Part shown: piece after piece, positions 63,351-64,000 of the stretch
Layout of the letters: every line of letters begins with the position of its first letter
Numbering within the stretch: the first letter of the stretch is position 1
Made by a program: the position numbers and the translations under genes
Origin: Paragordius varius
Taxonomy: Eukaryota; Animalia; Nematomorpha
DNA length: 64,000 nt
Direction: 5' to 3'
Assembly: GCA_964247055.1 (NCBI GenBank)
Contig: OZ176054.1
Span: 9,610,001 to 9,674,000 of the forward strand
Notes under the pieces: model-generated
Database searches by the model: none
What the model was told of the DNA's origin: nothing
Seen by the model: the letters and a program-made list of their open reading frames with translations, nothing else

Positions 63351-64000
63351 GTAAAATTATATGTATGAATGGTTGTGTAAAACAAAGAATTTTAAACACT
63401 TTGATTCAAATTGGGGGATCAAGTGACCTCAGTAAAAAACTGTTCCAATATTCATGCGTCTGACCAATAAAAAAACCAAAATATTTAAATATCTTTAGAT
63501 TTGAAAAGGTTCTATATCAAAAACTTTGACGCCATATTTATTTTACTATAATTTACATATAGTGATTTTATTCTCTAATATTGAAGCTAAATATTTAAAT
63601 CAAATTTAAATTTTAAAGAAAAGTGGTTTTTTTGGCATTATTTATATTTAACTAATGCACACATGATATATTGTCAATTTTTACCTTGACGTTATCCATA
63701 AAATAACAATTCGTAATGGTTATATTTGTTTATATTTTTAGAAAGTTTGATTTTAACTGGCTTGGGTTACCAACGACTTCGATTTGAATCGGAGGACCGA
63801 AATGATTTTGTTGTATCCAAGTATTAGGAATTGAGGTTTATCACAGATTTAACAATTTACTAAATTTTTATACGCGATGGCATTTTGGGGTGGTTTTCTA
63901 TACCAGAGCTAAACACTATTTAACATTCTTATTTATTACGCGAAGATTTCGGTTCTAACCCATAACCAAATCTGGCAAAAAAGCTACTTTTTTGAAAATA

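Noticed and set aside
1-64000. rRNA, tRNA, CRISPR arrays, prokaryotic or viral genes, signs of horizontal transfer
   Set aside because: None seen. All identifiable genes are animal-type with spliceosomal introns or AT-rich codon usage like their neighbours, and no regularly spaced repeat-spacer array is present.

Overview
Very AT-rich, intron-rich eukaryotic DNA. The gene content (synaptophysin, rhodopsin-family GPCRs, LRR receptor) indicates an invertebrate animal; I cannot assign the taxon. Genes reconstructed by hand from splice sites, reading phase and recalled protein-family motifs: (1) the 3' part of a KDM5/lid histone demethylase (+, 201-10739, about 26 exons); (2) a synaptophysin/synaptoporin-family gene (-, 16140-21836, first exon unresolved); (3) two tandem intronless peptide-receptor-like GPCRs (-); (4) an unrecognised, probably secreted multi-exon protein (-, 36952-39943, candidate first exon 41273-41285); (5) an intronless two-module LRR transmembrane protein (+, 46787-49291); (6) Integrator subunit INTS9 (-, 49376-63350, 9 exons). 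Intergenic DNA and long introns contain decayed RTE LINEs, mariner, several hAT elements, MITEs and foldback palindromes, including a four-level nested insertion. The most striking signal is a set of ultra-short GT-AG introns of 22, 25, 23 and 32 nt in three conserved genes (INTS9, synaptophysin, KDM5). Each is required to restore the conserved protein, and they coexist with 60-100 nt and multi-kb introns. All protein comparisons are from memory; no searches were run.
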